DNA of 64,000 nucleotides from an uncultured virus (IMG/VR IMGVR_UViG_3300020191_000005) (IMGVR_UViG_3300020191_000005:1-64000); one strand, 5' to 3'. Shown: positions 9,387-19,819, numbered from the stretch's first letter. Notes: generated by a model not told the origin, from the letters alone. Made by a program: numbers and translations.

Positions 9387-10246
9387 AAAAAATTTGATTG
9401 ATCAAATGTTACAGGCATGTCCCATTTTTTAGGAGCACCTGCCGCAATTTCTTCTTCAGTGGATTCAATTTCAATAGGTTTTAAACTAAACTTATTTTTT
9501 TGTGTTTCCATATTTTCAACAACGCCAGCATAAAACTTTTTATCTGCGTTTTGAATAAACTGAACAATATGATTTCTATCAGTTACTACATCGTCACCAA
9601 CTTGAACAGACACTACTCCATCAATAACCATATCAATAGTAATAGCAGTTAAACGTTCAAATGCAGTATTAAAGATTTCTAGTTTCTTTTGTTCATCCAT
9701 ATCGTCTTCTTGGATTACTTGTGCAATACGTTGTTCTTCAAATGTTTTTGTTGCAACTCTAGTAAACTCTTTATAAGTTTGAGGACGCAATTTAATTGTA
9801 AACTCGTCAATAGTGATAGTGTCATTAAACTCTACAGCCGCAAATTTGTCTAACACCATTCTTAGGTCAAGACCAAATGATCTTTCTAACCCTTGTGTGT
9901 TTGGAACTCTAGTTGTTAGGTCTAATTTTTCACCGTAGGTAGCAATTCTAATAGCAACCAGTACTGTATCAATATCAACAGTAGGCATTGCCCAGGCATT
10001 CTTAATGTTAGGAATGCAACTTTGAATTACATCAACAGTTGATTGTCCGTTAAGTAATGCATCAGGAGTTTTGAATGATAATTCATCTCTTGCTGTCATT
10101 GCATAAACAGGCAACTCACCGTTTTCTGTTAGTTCTAATGCTCCCTCAGGGTAAAATTGTCCACCACTGGGTAATTTGATATATATTTTAGGTTGCCTAA
10201 AATATTTTTGTAGTGGATTCGCTCCACTTCTTTCTATTTCTGGCAT
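9380..10246 (-). CDS. Baseplate hub / tail assembly chaperone, T4 gp26-like
   Basis: NPLQKYFRQPKIYIKLPSGG...MTARDE...LLNG...DIDTVLVAIRIATYG pattern; ends NFFA; divergent from tape-measure-like gene. Confidence 0.7.
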   Translation of the reverse strand: MPEIERSGANPLQKYFRQPKIYIKLPSGGQFYPEGALELTENGELPVYAMTARDELSFKTPDALLNGQSTVDVIQSCIPNIKNAWAMPTVDIDTVLVAIRIATYGEKLDLTTRVPNTQGLERSFGLDLRMVLDKFAAVEFNDTITIDEFTIKLRPQTYKEFTRVATKTFEEQRIAQVIQEDDMDEQKKLEIFNTAFERLTAITIDMVIDGVVSVQVGDDVVTDRNHIVQFIQNADKKFYAGVVENMETQKNKFSLKPIEIESTEEEIAAGAPKKWDMPVTFDQSNFFA

Positions 10247-10322
10247 GGTTTTTCTCCGGATAAATAATAAGTGTTGTTCATATAGTATATTTATGAACTT
10301 CCATTATATAGGTACTTAATAA

Positions 10323-12968
10323 ATGGCAGAAATCACATACAGAGGCGGTCAAATGGACGGAGTTACTAGCAATGCGGCTAGTGAAGCTACTCTCCAACGA
10401 CTAGTCCAACTAATGGAAAAAGGCAGTACTGGCGGTGGGTCAGCTACTGAAAAAATGGCCAATGCTGTTAAGACCAAAGGTATTGGAATAGCACAAAAAG
10501 ACAACAAAGCCACACAAGAAGGTACCGAAGCTACCCAAAAACAAACCAAAGCTACTACTAGTCTTACCCAAAAAACTAAAAACTTTGCTAAAACATTAGA
10601 TAGGTATAGTGGTGGATTATTAAGTGGTGTTGGAAACACTATATCAGCGGTAGGCGGGCTAGGAAAAGAATTAGTAGCCGGTGGCAACAGAATTAGTGAT
10701 TTTGGACAGCATGTTACAGGACTAGTAAGTCAGTTTCCAATAGTTGGTGGTGTTTTAGGACAATTTGGACAAACTATGTTAAATGTCCTTGACAATCAAA
10801 TTGACATGTACAGATCACTGTCAAATGGTGGTATTGATTTTGGAGACGATTTATTCTCTATGCAAAGACGTGCCGCTGAAGCAGGATTAAGTATGGCTAC
10901 ACTAGCTGGATCAATCCAAGAAAATTCATCAATGTTAGCACTAGCGTTTGGCGGTGCAACTACAGGTGCTGATAGATTTTCTAAAATTTCAAAATATGTA
11001 CAGCAATCACAAGCACAGTTTTCAGCATTGGGTATGACAATGGAAGATGTAACTGAATTTACAGCTGACTATATTGAATTACAAAAAGTTCAAGGCCGTT
11101 TAGGCACAATGACTGACAGACAGTTAGCTAAAGGCACACAGAATTATATTATGCAACTTGATCAACTTGCTAAAGTTACAGGTATGACAAGAAAGCAAGC
11201 CGCAGAAGAATTACAATCACAAGCAACTGATAAAAGATTACAGGCATTAATTTCAAATATGGATGAAGGAGTCAAAACGAATTTACAAAATTCTTTGGCA
11301 ATGATGAAAAATATGAGTCCAGAAATGAAAGATGCAATGACTGAATTAGTTGCAACTAACGGTGTAGCTCTTACTCCATTTACAGAAGGGTTGTTGCGTA
11401 CAAATCCACAGTTTGCTGAAATGGCTAGAGGATTACGATCTGGATCAATAACAGCCGATGAGTTTGCCGCACAAACAAACGAGCAAATAGCTCAAGCACA
11501 GGCGTTAGTTAAACAAGAAAAAGAAAATATAGGTACATATGCCGCAATGGGTGTAACTGCATATGACGCCGCACTTAGTTTAGCAAAAGCTGGTACAGTA
11601 GGTGGTAAACTAAGCGATGCACAGCAGAAACAACTAGATGCAACCACAGCTAAAAATAAAACACTAACAGACTTTGATAGTGCAATAGAGAAAGTACGTA
11701 GTAAAATTATGGTTGCGTTACTTGATTCTGGAGTATTTACTAAAGTACAATCAGCAATGTCAAAACTAACAACGTGGTTTCAGAGTGACAAGATACAAAC
11801 ATCAATTCAAGGATTTACAGATCGATTAGGAATACTAATTGACAACCTTGGAAATATGTTTCAAAATTTCAAAGATGATTGGGGCAAACTTAGCATTGGA
11901 GAACTAGTAACAAAATATTTAATTGATCCAATTAGATTCTTGTTTGGAGGTAAGCCTAAGACTAAAGCATCACCAGGCTCGCCAGGCGCCGAAGCAGGTG
12001 ACGATGCAGGTGGCTCAGGTGGAACACTTATGGGATCAATGTTTGAATCATTAGGCCCAATAATTACAAAATTTGAAGAGTGGGGCAAAGCATTAATGTG
12101 GGGCGGCATTGGTGCCGCGGCTGTATTACTTGGCGTTGCGGCGGCTATTGGCGCACTAGCAGGTCCAATTAACCTAGCAGTACCAGGTGTACTTGCAATT
12201 GGTCTAGCGTTTGCTGGAATTGGAGTAGCTGGATACGGAATTGCCGCATTGATAGATTCGATTACTAGCGGAGTAGGCACACTTGCAGACGGCGTTAAAA
12301 AGTTTGAAGGCATGGATGCTAAGAAATTACTTGATGTTGGTAAATCATTAGGGCCATTAACTGATAATATGATGGGACTTGCCAAAGGCGGACTTGTTGC
12401 ATCGTTTATTAGTGACGGAGCATTAGAAGGATTATCAGATGGTGTTAAATCGTTTGAAGGAATTAATCCAAAAACTATGAGCGACCTAGGCCCAGCATTA
12501 CAATCTTTACAAAAAGGTGTTAGTGCATTTACAGGTAACGGATTTTTAGACAGCGCCGGTAAATTCTTTAGTAGCTTTTTTGGTAATGATGGCAATTTAG
12601 ATGTTATGGCTAAAAAACTTGAGGCTTTTGCTGATGTTGATGCCGCTGGACTTAAAAATATTGGAGATGGATTACAAGGTATTGCGGCATATGTTGAAGC
12701 TATGGACGATGCCAATTTAAAACAAGTTACCAAAAATATTAAAGAATTAATTAAACAAATAGCCGAATATAACGAAGAATACAAAAACATGGACGCAGAA
12801 ACCAAAGCATCATTTACCAAAGTATTAAATGTATCAAATGAAAGCCAAGATAAAAGTGCTTCTATGCTAGTTTCGTTAAATAGTACTAACGCACTTATGT
12901 TAGAAGAACTTAAAAAACAAACTAGAGGTGGAAAACAGATGAATGATGCATTAGGAGGAGCGGCATAA
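10323..12968 (+). CDS. Tape-measure-like tail protein
   Basis: 881 aa, predominantly helical Ala/Gly/Leu-rich, hydrophobic segments near aa 590-650, next to chaperone gene. Confidence 0.6.
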   Translation: MAEITYRGGQMDGVTSNAASEATLQRLVQLMEKGSTGGGSATEKMANAVKTKGIGIAQKDNKATQEGTEATQKQTKATTSLTQKTKNFAKTLDRYSGGLLSGVGNTISAVGGLGKELVAGGNRISDFGQHVTGLVSQFPIVGGVLGQFGQTMLNVLDNQIDMYRSLSNGGIDFGDDLFSMQRRAAEAGLSMATLAGSIQENSSMLALAFGGATTGADRFSKISKYVQQSQAQFSALGMTMEDVTEFTADYIELQKVQGRLGTMTDRQLAKGTQNYIMQLDQLAKVTGMTRKQAAEELQSQATDKRLQALISNMDEGVKTNLQNSLAMMKNMSPEMKDAMTELVATNGVALTPFTEGLLRTNPQFAEMARGLRSGSITADEFAAQTNEQIAQAQALVKQEKENIGTYAAMGVTAYDAALSLAKAGTVGGKLSDAQQKQLDATTAKNKTLTDFDSAIEKVRSKIMVALLDSGVFTKVQSAMSKLTTWFQSDKIQTSIQGFTDRLGILIDNLGNMFQNFKDDWGKLSIGELVTKYLIDPIRFLFGGKPKTKASPGSPGAEAGDDAGGSGGTLMGSMFESLGPIITKFEEWGKALMWGGIGAAAVLLGVAAAIGALAGPINLAVPGVLAIGLAFAGIGVAGYGIAALIDSITSGVGTLADGVKKFEGMDAKKLLDVGKSLGPLTDNMMGLAKGGLVASFISDGALEGLSDGVKSFEGINPKTMSDLGPALQSLQKGVSAFTGNGFLDSAGKFFSSFFGNDGNLDVMAKKLEAFADVDAAGLKNIGDGLQGIAAYVEAMDDANLKQVTKNIKELIKQIAEYNEEYKNMDAETKASFTKVLNVSNESQDKSASMLVSLNSTNALMLEELKKQTRGGKQMNDALGGAA

Positions 12969-12969
12969 T

Positions 12970-14706
12970 ATGAGCTGGAAACGCTATTTCACACCAGTAC
13001 CAACGGGGTCTAATCGAGACGGCAGTTATAGTCCATTAGGCGGAAGTTCTAATCAAGGTATGGGTCCTGCTCAAGCAAATTATTCAAGTTACTTGCCAGA
13101 TGTATATGTAGGTTCTCCAAATCGTGTTGAAAGATACGGGCAATATAACACTATGGACAACGATAGTGAAGTAAATGCCGCATTAGATATCTTAGCAGAA
13201 TTTACAACACAAAAAAATACTTCAAATAGAAGTCCATTTATTATGGATTTCAAATCAGACGCAACTAACACAGAAGTACAAACACTTAAACTATACTTAC
13301 AACAGTGGTGTAAAGTACAAAACTTTGAAACAAAAATGTTCCGTATTTTGCGTAATACTTTTAAGTATGGCGATGCATTTTTTATTAGAGATCCAGAAAC
13401 TAAAAAATGGCACTACATTGATCCTGCAAACGTTACAAAGATTATTGTTAACGAATCAGAAGGTAAAAAACCTGAGCAGTATGTTATTAAAAATGTAAAC
13501 TTAAACTTTGTTTCCAATGTAGCAACTACACCATTACAAACAAATGGTAATGTTACAGGTGGTGGTGACGGTTATATGACTGGCGGTTCACGTGGAATGA
13601 CAGGTGCACCTAACCAAGCATTACAAGGTGGGCGTTTTGCAAAAGGCGAATCAGAGTTTGCAGTTGATGCAGAACATATTGTACACCTAAGTTTATCAGA
13701 AGGATTAGATAACAACTTTCCATTTGGTAACAGTTTATTAGAAAGTATATTTAAAGTATACAAACAAAAAGAATTATTAGAAGATGCTATTATTATTTAC
13801 AGAGTGCAAAGAGCACCAGAACGTAGAGTATTCTACGTTGACGTAGGTAATATGCCATCACACTTGGCAATGCAATTTGTTGAACGTGTAAAAACAGACA
13901 TACACCAAAGACGTATTCCAAGTAGCACAGGTGGAGGAAATAATGTTATTGACTCTAGCTATAACCCATTAAGTATCAACGAAGATTACTTCTTTCCGCA
14001 AACAGCAGAAGGACGTGGATCTAAAGTTGAAACATTACCAGGTGGAACTAACCTAGGAGAGATTGATGATCTTAGATATTTTACTAATAAGTTGGTACGC
14101 GGTTTGCGTATTCCTAGTTCTTATCTTCCTACAGGGCCTGACGATGGCTCTAGTGCATTCCAAGATGGGCGAGTGGGTACTGCATACATTCAAGAGTTAC
14201 GCTTCAACACCTATTGCGAAAGACTACAAGGACTTTTAACAGAACAATTTAACCAAGACTTTAAACGCTACCTATTAGAAAAAGGTATTAACATTGACAC
14301 AGCAATGTTTGATCTAAGAATGCAACCACCACAAAACTTTGCAAGTTACAGACAGTCAGAACTTGACAATGCAAGAGTTGGAACGTTTACACAGATGGCG
14401 GCTATACCTTATGTTTCAAATAGATTTGCACTTAAACGTTTCTTAGGACTAAGTGCAGAAGAAGTTGCAGATAACGAAAAGTTATGGCGTCAAGAAAATG
14501 ATGAAAATATTACACCAGTACCAACAGACGCCGCAGGCGAAATGCGTGGCGCTGGAGTTAGTGCCGCAGGTATGGAAGCAGACCTAGGCGGAATGGAAGA
14601 TGAAACGGTTGATCCAGATGCACCGGCACCAGAAGATGGCGGCGATGGAACACCACCAGAAACCGTAACAGGCGGAGAAGCTCCTGTTCCAGGCGGAGAG
14701 GTATAA
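12970..14706 (+). CDS. Portal vertex protein, T4 gp20-like
   Basis: LLEDAIIIYRVQRAPERRVFYVDVGNMP, EDYFFP, VETLPGG motifs. Confidence 0.95.
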   Translation: MSWKRYFTPVPTGSNRDGSYSPLGGSSNQGMGPAQANYSSYLPDVYVGSPNRVERYGQYNTMDNDSEVNAALDILAEFTTQKNTSNRSPFIMDFKSDATNTEVQTLKLYLQQWCKVQNFETKMFRILRNTFKYGDAFFIRDPETKKWHYIDPANVTKIIVNESEGKKPEQYVIKNVNLNFVSNVATTPLQTNGNVTGGGDGYMTGGSRGMTGAPNQALQGGRFAKGESEFAVDAEHIVHLSLSEGLDNNFPFGNSLLESIFKVYKQKELLEDAIIIYRVQRAPERRVFYVDVGNMPSHLAMQFVERVKTDIHQRRIPSSTGGGNNVIDSSYNPLSINEDYFFPQTAEGRGSKVETLPGGTNLGEIDDLRYFTNKLVRGLRIPSSYLPTGPDDGSSAFQDGRVGTAYIQELRFNTYCERLQGLLTEQFNQDFKRYLLEKGINIDTAMFDLRMQPPQNFASYRQSELDNARVGTFTQMAAIPYVSNRFALKRFLGLSAEEVADNEKLWRQENDENITPVPTDAAGEMRGAGVSAAGMEADLGGMEDETVDPDAPAPEDGGDGTPPETVTGGEAPVPGGEV

Positions 14707-14714
14707 ATACTAGC

Positions 14715-14960
14715 ATGATACTACGTGAATTATTTTATTTTGACAAAGAAACATTAGAGCCAGTTGAGAATAACTCTTATGATCCCAAATCAGACGATTC
14801 AATTATGAAAAAAGACGATACACGTAAAACACGTTTAACCCTACGTCAGATAAACAAAATGAGATTAGCATCTGATTTACACAAAGAGGAGCAGGACAAG
14901 GAATTACATTTCGTAAGACAAATGTACGGACTTGCCGCTAACGCAGAACAGGCTGTTTAG
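14715..14960 (+). CDS. Small head-module protein
   Basis: 81-aa ORF after TATAAATA (14702-14709) between portal and scaffold. Confidence 0.6.
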   Translation: MILRELFYFDKETLEPVENNSYDPKSDDSIMKKDDTRKTRLTLRQINKMRLASDLHKEEQDKELHFVRQMYGLAANAEQAV

Positions 14961-14962
14961 TC

Positions 14963-15565
14963 ATGTCAATAGCATTTGTTATTGGAAATGGTACCTCAAG
15001 AAAACCTATACAACTAGAACCACTTAAAGCACACGGAACTCTATATGCATGTAATGCAGTTTATAGAACAGGATTAAATCCTGATTATCTTGTTGCTGTA
15101 GATACTAAGATGGTTACAGAAATTAACAATTCAAAATATCAATTAGAACACGAAGTGTGGACTAACCCAAACAAATTATTTGAAAAATTTCATAAGTTTA
15201 ATTACTTTGACGATCCTAAAGGGTGGTCAAGTGGGCCTACAGCATTATGGTTAGCAACTTATGGTAAAGCACACGATCACAACGAAATATACATACTAGG
15301 CTTTGACTATGAAGGACTAGAAGGCAAAATTAATAATTTGTTTGCAGATACACAAAATTATAAAAGAAGTACAGATAGTGCTACATACCACGGAAATTGG
15401 AGTCGACAGACTGGTATCATAATTCAAAAAAATATACAAAAAAGATATATAAGAGTAGTAGAGAACAAAGATGATTATTGCCCTGATAATTTAAGACCAT
15501 TGGGCAACTTATCACACATCACAGTAAGTGAATTCATTGAAAAATTCGTGAATTTACAATCTTAA
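14963..15565 (+). CDS. Maf/DUF115-like (glycosyltransferase-fold) protein
   Basis: AFVIGNGTSR, LYACNA, YLVAVD, SSGPTALWLA, IYILGFD motif series. Confidence 0.55.
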   Translation: MSIAFVIGNGTSRKPIQLEPLKAHGTLYACNAVYRTGLNPDYLVAVDTKMVTEINNSKYQLEHEVWTNPNKLFEKFHKFNYFDDPKGWSSGPTALWLATYGKAHDHNEIYILGFDYEGLEGKINNLFADTQNYKRSTDSATYHGNWSRQTGIIIQKNIQKRYIRVVENKDDYCPDNLRPLGNLSHITVSEFIEKFVNLQS

Positions 15566-15666
15566 TGTAAAATCGGCTCGTTTTGCCCGGTTTAACCACC
15601 CTTTTAATGAAAAACCATAAATACAATTGACAGCTTATCGTATCTAAACAACAGGAGGAGAGAAAA

Positions 15667-16626
15667 ATGGCTAATCAAAACAAATTTGAAGCAATGCTTG
15701 AAAAGCTAATTGCTGAAGACAAAGCGGGAGCAGAAGAACTGTTTCACGAAATTGTGGTTGAAAAATCACGTGATATTTACGAAAATCTTTTAAAAGATGA
15801 TGTAGAAGAAGTTGAAGTAGAAGAAGCAACTGACGAAGAAGTTGATGAATCTTCAGATGATGAAGAGACTAATGAAGCAACTGACGAAGAAGTTGATGAA
15901 TCTTCAGACGACGAAGAAACTAACGAAGCAACTGACGAAGAAGTTGATGAATCTTCAGATGAAGAAGTTGACGAAAACTTTGTAGACGAAATTACACCAG
16001 AAGCAGAAGATGACATGGGTGGCGATGCCGCTGATGACATGATGGCAGATATTGCCGCAGACAGCGAAGAAGGTGATGAATCAGATAGCGACGAAGAAGA
16101 AATTGAAGACAGAGTTACTGATTTAGAAGACACATTCGATGACCTAAAAGCTGAATTTGATGCTATGATGGCTGATAAAGACGGTGACGAAGATGAAGGC
16201 GATGCAGAACCAGAAATGGATATGGACGCTGGAGACGACGAAGGTGATGACGAAGAGGCAGAAGAAGCATTTGCTCCTGAAGCCGATCTTGAAGTAGCAC
16301 CAGCATTTGAAGGCAAAAAAGATGCCAACACTGAAATGCGTGAGTATGTTGAAAAAGTAACAGCTAATATGGGCGACAATGGTGCAAACACCAAATCTCC
16401 AGTAGCTGGCGCTAACGACATGGGTGGAACTGCTAGTAACATTGCACAAGGTGGTGATGAAAAAGGCGGGAAAGCTGACTCGGCTAAAGAAGATAACGCA
16501 GGGAACGTTAACGTACCAGGCGGAAAAGCTTCAAAGTCAATGAGTGCTAACTCAAAAGGCCACGGCGCTGAGAAAAAAGGCGCAGGCGAAACAGGAACTG
16601 ATAGTAAAAGTACTATTGGATCTTAA
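15667..16626 (+). CDS. Highly acidic prohead core/scaffold protein (gp67-like position)
   Basis: Very D/E-rich; lies between portal and prohead protease; AGGAGGAG SD and TAAATA at 15618. Confidence 0.65.
   Translation: MANQNKFEAMLEKLIAEDKAGAEELFHEIVVEKSRDIYENLLKDDVEEVEVEEATDEEVDESSDDEETNEATDEEVDESSDDEETNEATDEEVDESSDEEVDENFVDEITPEAEDDMGGDAADDMMADIAADSEEGDESDSDEEEIEDRVTDLEDTFDDLKAEFDAMMADKDGDEDEGDAEPEMDMDAGDDEGDDEEAEEAFAPEADLEVAPAFEGKKDANTEMREYVEKVTANMGDNGANTKSPVAGANDMGGTASNIAQGGDEKGGKADSAKEDNAGNVNVPGGKASKSMSANSKGHGAEKKGAGETGTDSKSTIGS
15823..15966 (+). repeat. 51-bp tandem repeat, about 2.8 copies (EATDEEVDESSDDEETN)
   Basis: Units start at 15823, 15874 and 15925. Confidence 0.9.
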
Positions 16627-16644
16627 TAGTTAAGGAACTTATAG

Positions 16645-17277
16645 GTGTTTAATTTAACTGAGACATTGACATTCGACCAAGCAGGTATGGTCGTCGAGAC
16701 TACTGAAAACAAGAATGGAGGCAAAGATCTTTATCTTAAAGGTATTTGTATCCAGGGCGGTGTAAAAAATGCTAACCAGCGAGTTTACCCTGTTACTGAG
16801 ATAGGTAGAGCTGTCAAAACTCTCAACGATCAAATCACAGGAGGATATAGTGTTCTTGGAGAAGTTGATCACCCAGAAGGACTTAACATAAACTTAGACC
16901 GTGTAAGCCATATGATCACAGATATGTGGATGGATGGACCAAACGGTTATGGCAAAATGAAAGTTTTACCAACACCGATGGGCACCTTAGTTAAAACAAT
17001 GCTGGAAAGCGGAGTTAAACTAGGTGTTTCATCAAGAGGTAGCGGAAACGTAAGTGAAGACGGTTCCGGTGAAGTAAGTGACTACGAAATCATCACAGTT
17101 GATGTTGTAGCACAACCAAGTGCTCCGGGTGCATACCCAACCCCAATATATGAGCATTTACTAAACGCCCGTGGGGGGTATCAGGCACTTAATGTAGCAC
17201 GAGAAGTCCAAGGCGACGCGAAGGCACAAAAATATTTAAAAGAATCTTTGGTGAATATCATCAAGGGTCTAAGGTAA
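16645..17277 (+). CDS. Prohead protease, T4 gp21-like
   Basis: NANQRVYP, LGEVDHP, LGVSSRGSG, DVVAQPSAPGA motifs; GTG start. Confidence 0.92.
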   Translation: MFNLTETLTFDQAGMVVETTENKNGGKDLYLKGICIQGGVKNANQRVYPVTEIGRAVKTLNDQITGGYSVLGEVDHPEGLNINLDRVSHMITDMWMDGPNGYGKMKVLPTPMGTLVKTMLESGVKLGVSSRGSGNVSEDGSGEVSDYEIITVDVVAQPSAPGAYPTPIYEHLLNARGGYQALNVAREVQGDAKAQKYLKESLVNIIKGLR

Positions 17278-17290
17278 TAAGGAGACCATA

Positions 17291-18394
17291 ATGTTGGAAG
17301 CACTGAAATCACTTTTTGAAAACAATGTACTTTCTGAAGAGATTAAAGCTGACATCCAAGAGGCATGGGACAAGCAAGTTAACGAAAATAAACTTGCTGT
17401 AACCGCTGAACTTCGCGAAGAGTTTGCTTCAAAGTATGAGCATGATAAGGCTCAGATGATTGAAGCTGTTGACTCACTAGTTAACGACAAACTAAGCGAA
17501 GAAATTTCTGAATTTGCTGAAGATAGAAAAGCATTAGCAGAAGCAAGAGCAAAATACGCTGTTGCGATGCGTGAAAACGCAGGTATGCTAAAAGGTTTTG
17601 TATTTGATCAGCTAAAGAAGGAAGTTGGAGAACTACATGAAGATCAAAAAGTTGTATCAGAGAAATTTGGAAAACTTGAAGAATTTGTAGTAGAAGCTTT
17701 AGCAAAAGAAATTGCAGAGTTCCATCAAGATAAACGTGATTTAGCTGAAACGAAAGTACGTTTAGTACGTGAAGCTAAAGAACACTTAGCAAAAGTTAAA
17801 ACTACTTTTGTTAAAAGAAGTGCAGAGTTAGTAACTGAAACAGTAAGTAAAGGCCTTAAAAAGGAAATTACAGCACTGAAAGAAGATATTGATTCAGCAC
17901 GTAAAAACGATTTTGGTCGTAAGATTTTCGAAACGTTTGCAAATGAGTATACTAATAGTTACTTAAATGAAAAATCAGAAACATCTAAGCTAATGAAAGT
18001 TGTTGCGTTGAAAGACAAAACAGTTGAAGAAGCAAAAAGTGTAGCTGAACAAGCGAAGAAAGTCATTGCTACAAGAGATGCAGAGATTGCAAAACTTGTA
18101 GAAGCGACTAAGAGAAAAGAAGTAATGCACGAATTAACTGGTCCTTTGAGCAAGGATCAACGTGAGATTATGAATGACTTACTGGAAAGTGTACAGACAG
18201 ACAAATTGAAAAGTTCGTTTGACAAGTATATTACTGCCGTTATTGACGGGAAGACTCCGGAAAAGAAAAAGGCTAAATTGACTGAGTCAGAGGCAAAAGA
18301 AATCACAGGCAACAAAGAAACTAACGTTAGTAGTGTAAGCGTCGAATCAACAAATAATATTGTTGACATTAGACGACTTGCAGGATTGAAATAA
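17291..18394 (+). CDS. Prohead core scaffolding protein, T4 gp22-like
   Basis: Coiled-coil E/K/A-rich protein between protease and capsid genes. Confidence 0.8.
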   Translation: MLEALKSLFENNVLSEEIKADIQEAWDKQVNENKLAVTAELREEFASKYEHDKAQMIEAVDSLVNDKLSEEISEFAEDRKALAEARAKYAVAMRENAGMLKGFVFDQLKKEVGELHEDQKVVSEKFGKLEEFVVEALAKEIAEFHQDKRDLAETKVRLVREAKEHLAKVKTTFVKRSAELVTETVSKGLKKEITALKEDIDSARKNDFGRKIFETFANEYTNSYLNEKSETSKLMKVVALKDKTVEEAKSVAEQAKKVIATRDAEIAKLVEATKRKEVMHELTGPLSKDQREIMNDLLESVQTDKLKSSFDKYITAVIDGKTPEKKKAKLTESEAKEITGNKETNVSSVSVESTNNIVDIRRLAGLK

Positions 18395-18404
18395 GGAGAA
18401 AATA

Positions 18405-19574
18405 ATGTCAGAACTACTAGAAAGTCGCTGGCAGGATACCAAGGTTGCACTTTTAGAAGGCCTTCAAGGCAATAAGAAAGCAATCATGGCAAGCACTCTT
18501 GAAAACACACGCAAGTGGTTGAATGAGACTGCTACAGCCGGAAGCACAAGCGCCGGTAATGTTGCAACTCTAAATAGAGTTATCCTACCAGTAATCAGAC
18601 GTGTCATGCCAACTGTTATCGCCAACGAATTGGTCGGTGTACAGCCTATGACAGGTCCAGTGGGTCAAATCCACACATTAAGAGTACGTTACTCAGATAC
18701 ATCTGATGGTAACGAAGTTGGTGAAGAAGCACTATCACCATTTAAGATCGCGGCGGCTTACTCAGGTAACGCTACTGATGCATCACCAAAAGGATCTGCA
18801 ACAGCGGCTCTTGAAGGTGCGGCAGGCAAGAGATTGTCAATTCAGATCTTAAAGCAAACAGTCGAAGCAAAAACCAGAAAGCTATCAGCTAGATGGACTT
18901 TTGAAGCGGCTCAAGATGCTCAAGCACAGCAAGGCATTGACATCGAAGCAGAAATCATGGCGGCACTAGCCCAAGAGATTACTGCTGAGATCGACCAAGA
19001 AGTATTAGCTTCTTTACGTGCATTAGCTGGATCAACTAACAACCAAAACTACGATCAGACTGCTGTTAGCGGTACTGCAACATTCGTTGGTGACGAACAT
19101 GCGGCTTTAGCTGTAATGATCAACCGTGTTGCTAACGTTATTGCTCAGCGTACACGTCGTGGTGCTGGTAACTACGCAGTGGTATCTCCACAAGCGTTAA
19201 CTGTACTTCAGAGTGCAACTACTTCAGCGTTCGCAAGAACAACTGAAGGTTCATTCGAAGCACCAACAAACACTAAAATGGTTGGAACATTAAATTCAGC
19301 TATGAAAGTTTATGTTGATAGTTACGCGGCAGATGACACAGCGGTACTAGTTGGTTACAAAGGTTCTTCTGAATCAGACGCACCAGCGTTTTACTGCCCA
19401 TACATTCCATTAATGAGCAGTGGCGTAGTGTTAGATCCAGATAGCTTTGAGCCAGTAGTTAGCTTTATGACTAGATACGGATATGTTGAGTTGTCAAACA
19501 CAGCATCGTCTCTAGGTAATGCGGCAGACTACTTAGGTACAGTTAGCTTTACATCTACACCTACTTTCTCTTAA
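18405..19574 (+). CDS. Major capsid protein, T4 gp23-like
   Basis: GVQPMTGPVGQI, EAKTRKLSARWT, AFYCPYIPL, DPDSFEPVVSFMTRYG motifs. Confidence 0.96.
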   Translation: MSELLESRWQDTKVALLEGLQGNKKAIMASTLENTRKWLNETATAGSTSAGNVATLNRVILPVIRRVMPTVIANELVGVQPMTGPVGQIHTLRVRYSDTSDGNEVGEEALSPFKIAAAYSGNATDASPKGSATAALEGAAGKRLSIQILKQTVEAKTRKLSARWTFEAAQDAQAQQGIDIEAEIMAALAQEITAEIDQEVLASLRALAGSTNNQNYDQTAVSGTATFVGDEHAALAVMINRVANVIAQRTRRGAGNYAVVSPQALTVLQSATTSAFARTTEGSFEAPTNTKMVGTLNSAMKVYVDSYAADDTAVLVGYKGSSESDAPAFYCPYIPLMSSGVVLDPDSFEPVVSFMTRYGYVELSNTASSLGNAADYLGTVSFTSTPTFS

Positions 19575-19600
19575 GACATAGTCTTAACGGAATAAGATTA

Positions 19601-19631
19601 AAGGGCGGCATTTATTTGTCGCCCTTTTTTT
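19601..19631 (+). terminator. Intrinsic terminator after capsid gene
   Basis: AAGGGCGGCA/TGTCGCCCTT stem plus T run. Confidence 0.85.
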
Positions 19632-19721
19632 ATGGCCTTTTAATGATTATCTGCATGACTTTTACTTTGTAATATGTTTAAATAATAGTGTGCAAGTTGC
19701 ACATATTATTAGGAGATTATT

Positions 19722-19796
19722 ATGAAATGGACTAAACCTCAAGCAACAGAAATGCGTTTTGGATTTGAAGTGACGATGTATGTAATGAACAAGTAA
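19722..19796 (+). CDS. pqqA: Pyrroloquinoline quinone precursor peptide PqqA (MKWTKPQATEMRFGFEVTMYVMNK)
   Basis: 24 aa with W-x-K-P, RFGFE and E-x3-Y (EVTMY) signature; AGGAG SD, TAAATA at 19679, own terminator. Confidence 0.92.
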   Translation: MKWTKPQATEMRFGFEVTMYVMNK

Positions 19797-19819
19797 TACT
19801 TGTTTATACATTGAAACAT

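Noticed and set aside
11861..12820. 319-aa antisense ORF, and similar ones (15777..16442, 35458..36093, 52107..52931, 981..1334)
   Set aside because: Shadow frames of well-supported genes; no SD or family motifs
15823..15966. Tandem repeat as CRISPR or other non-coding array
   Set aside because: In-frame 51-bp coding repeat with no unique spacers
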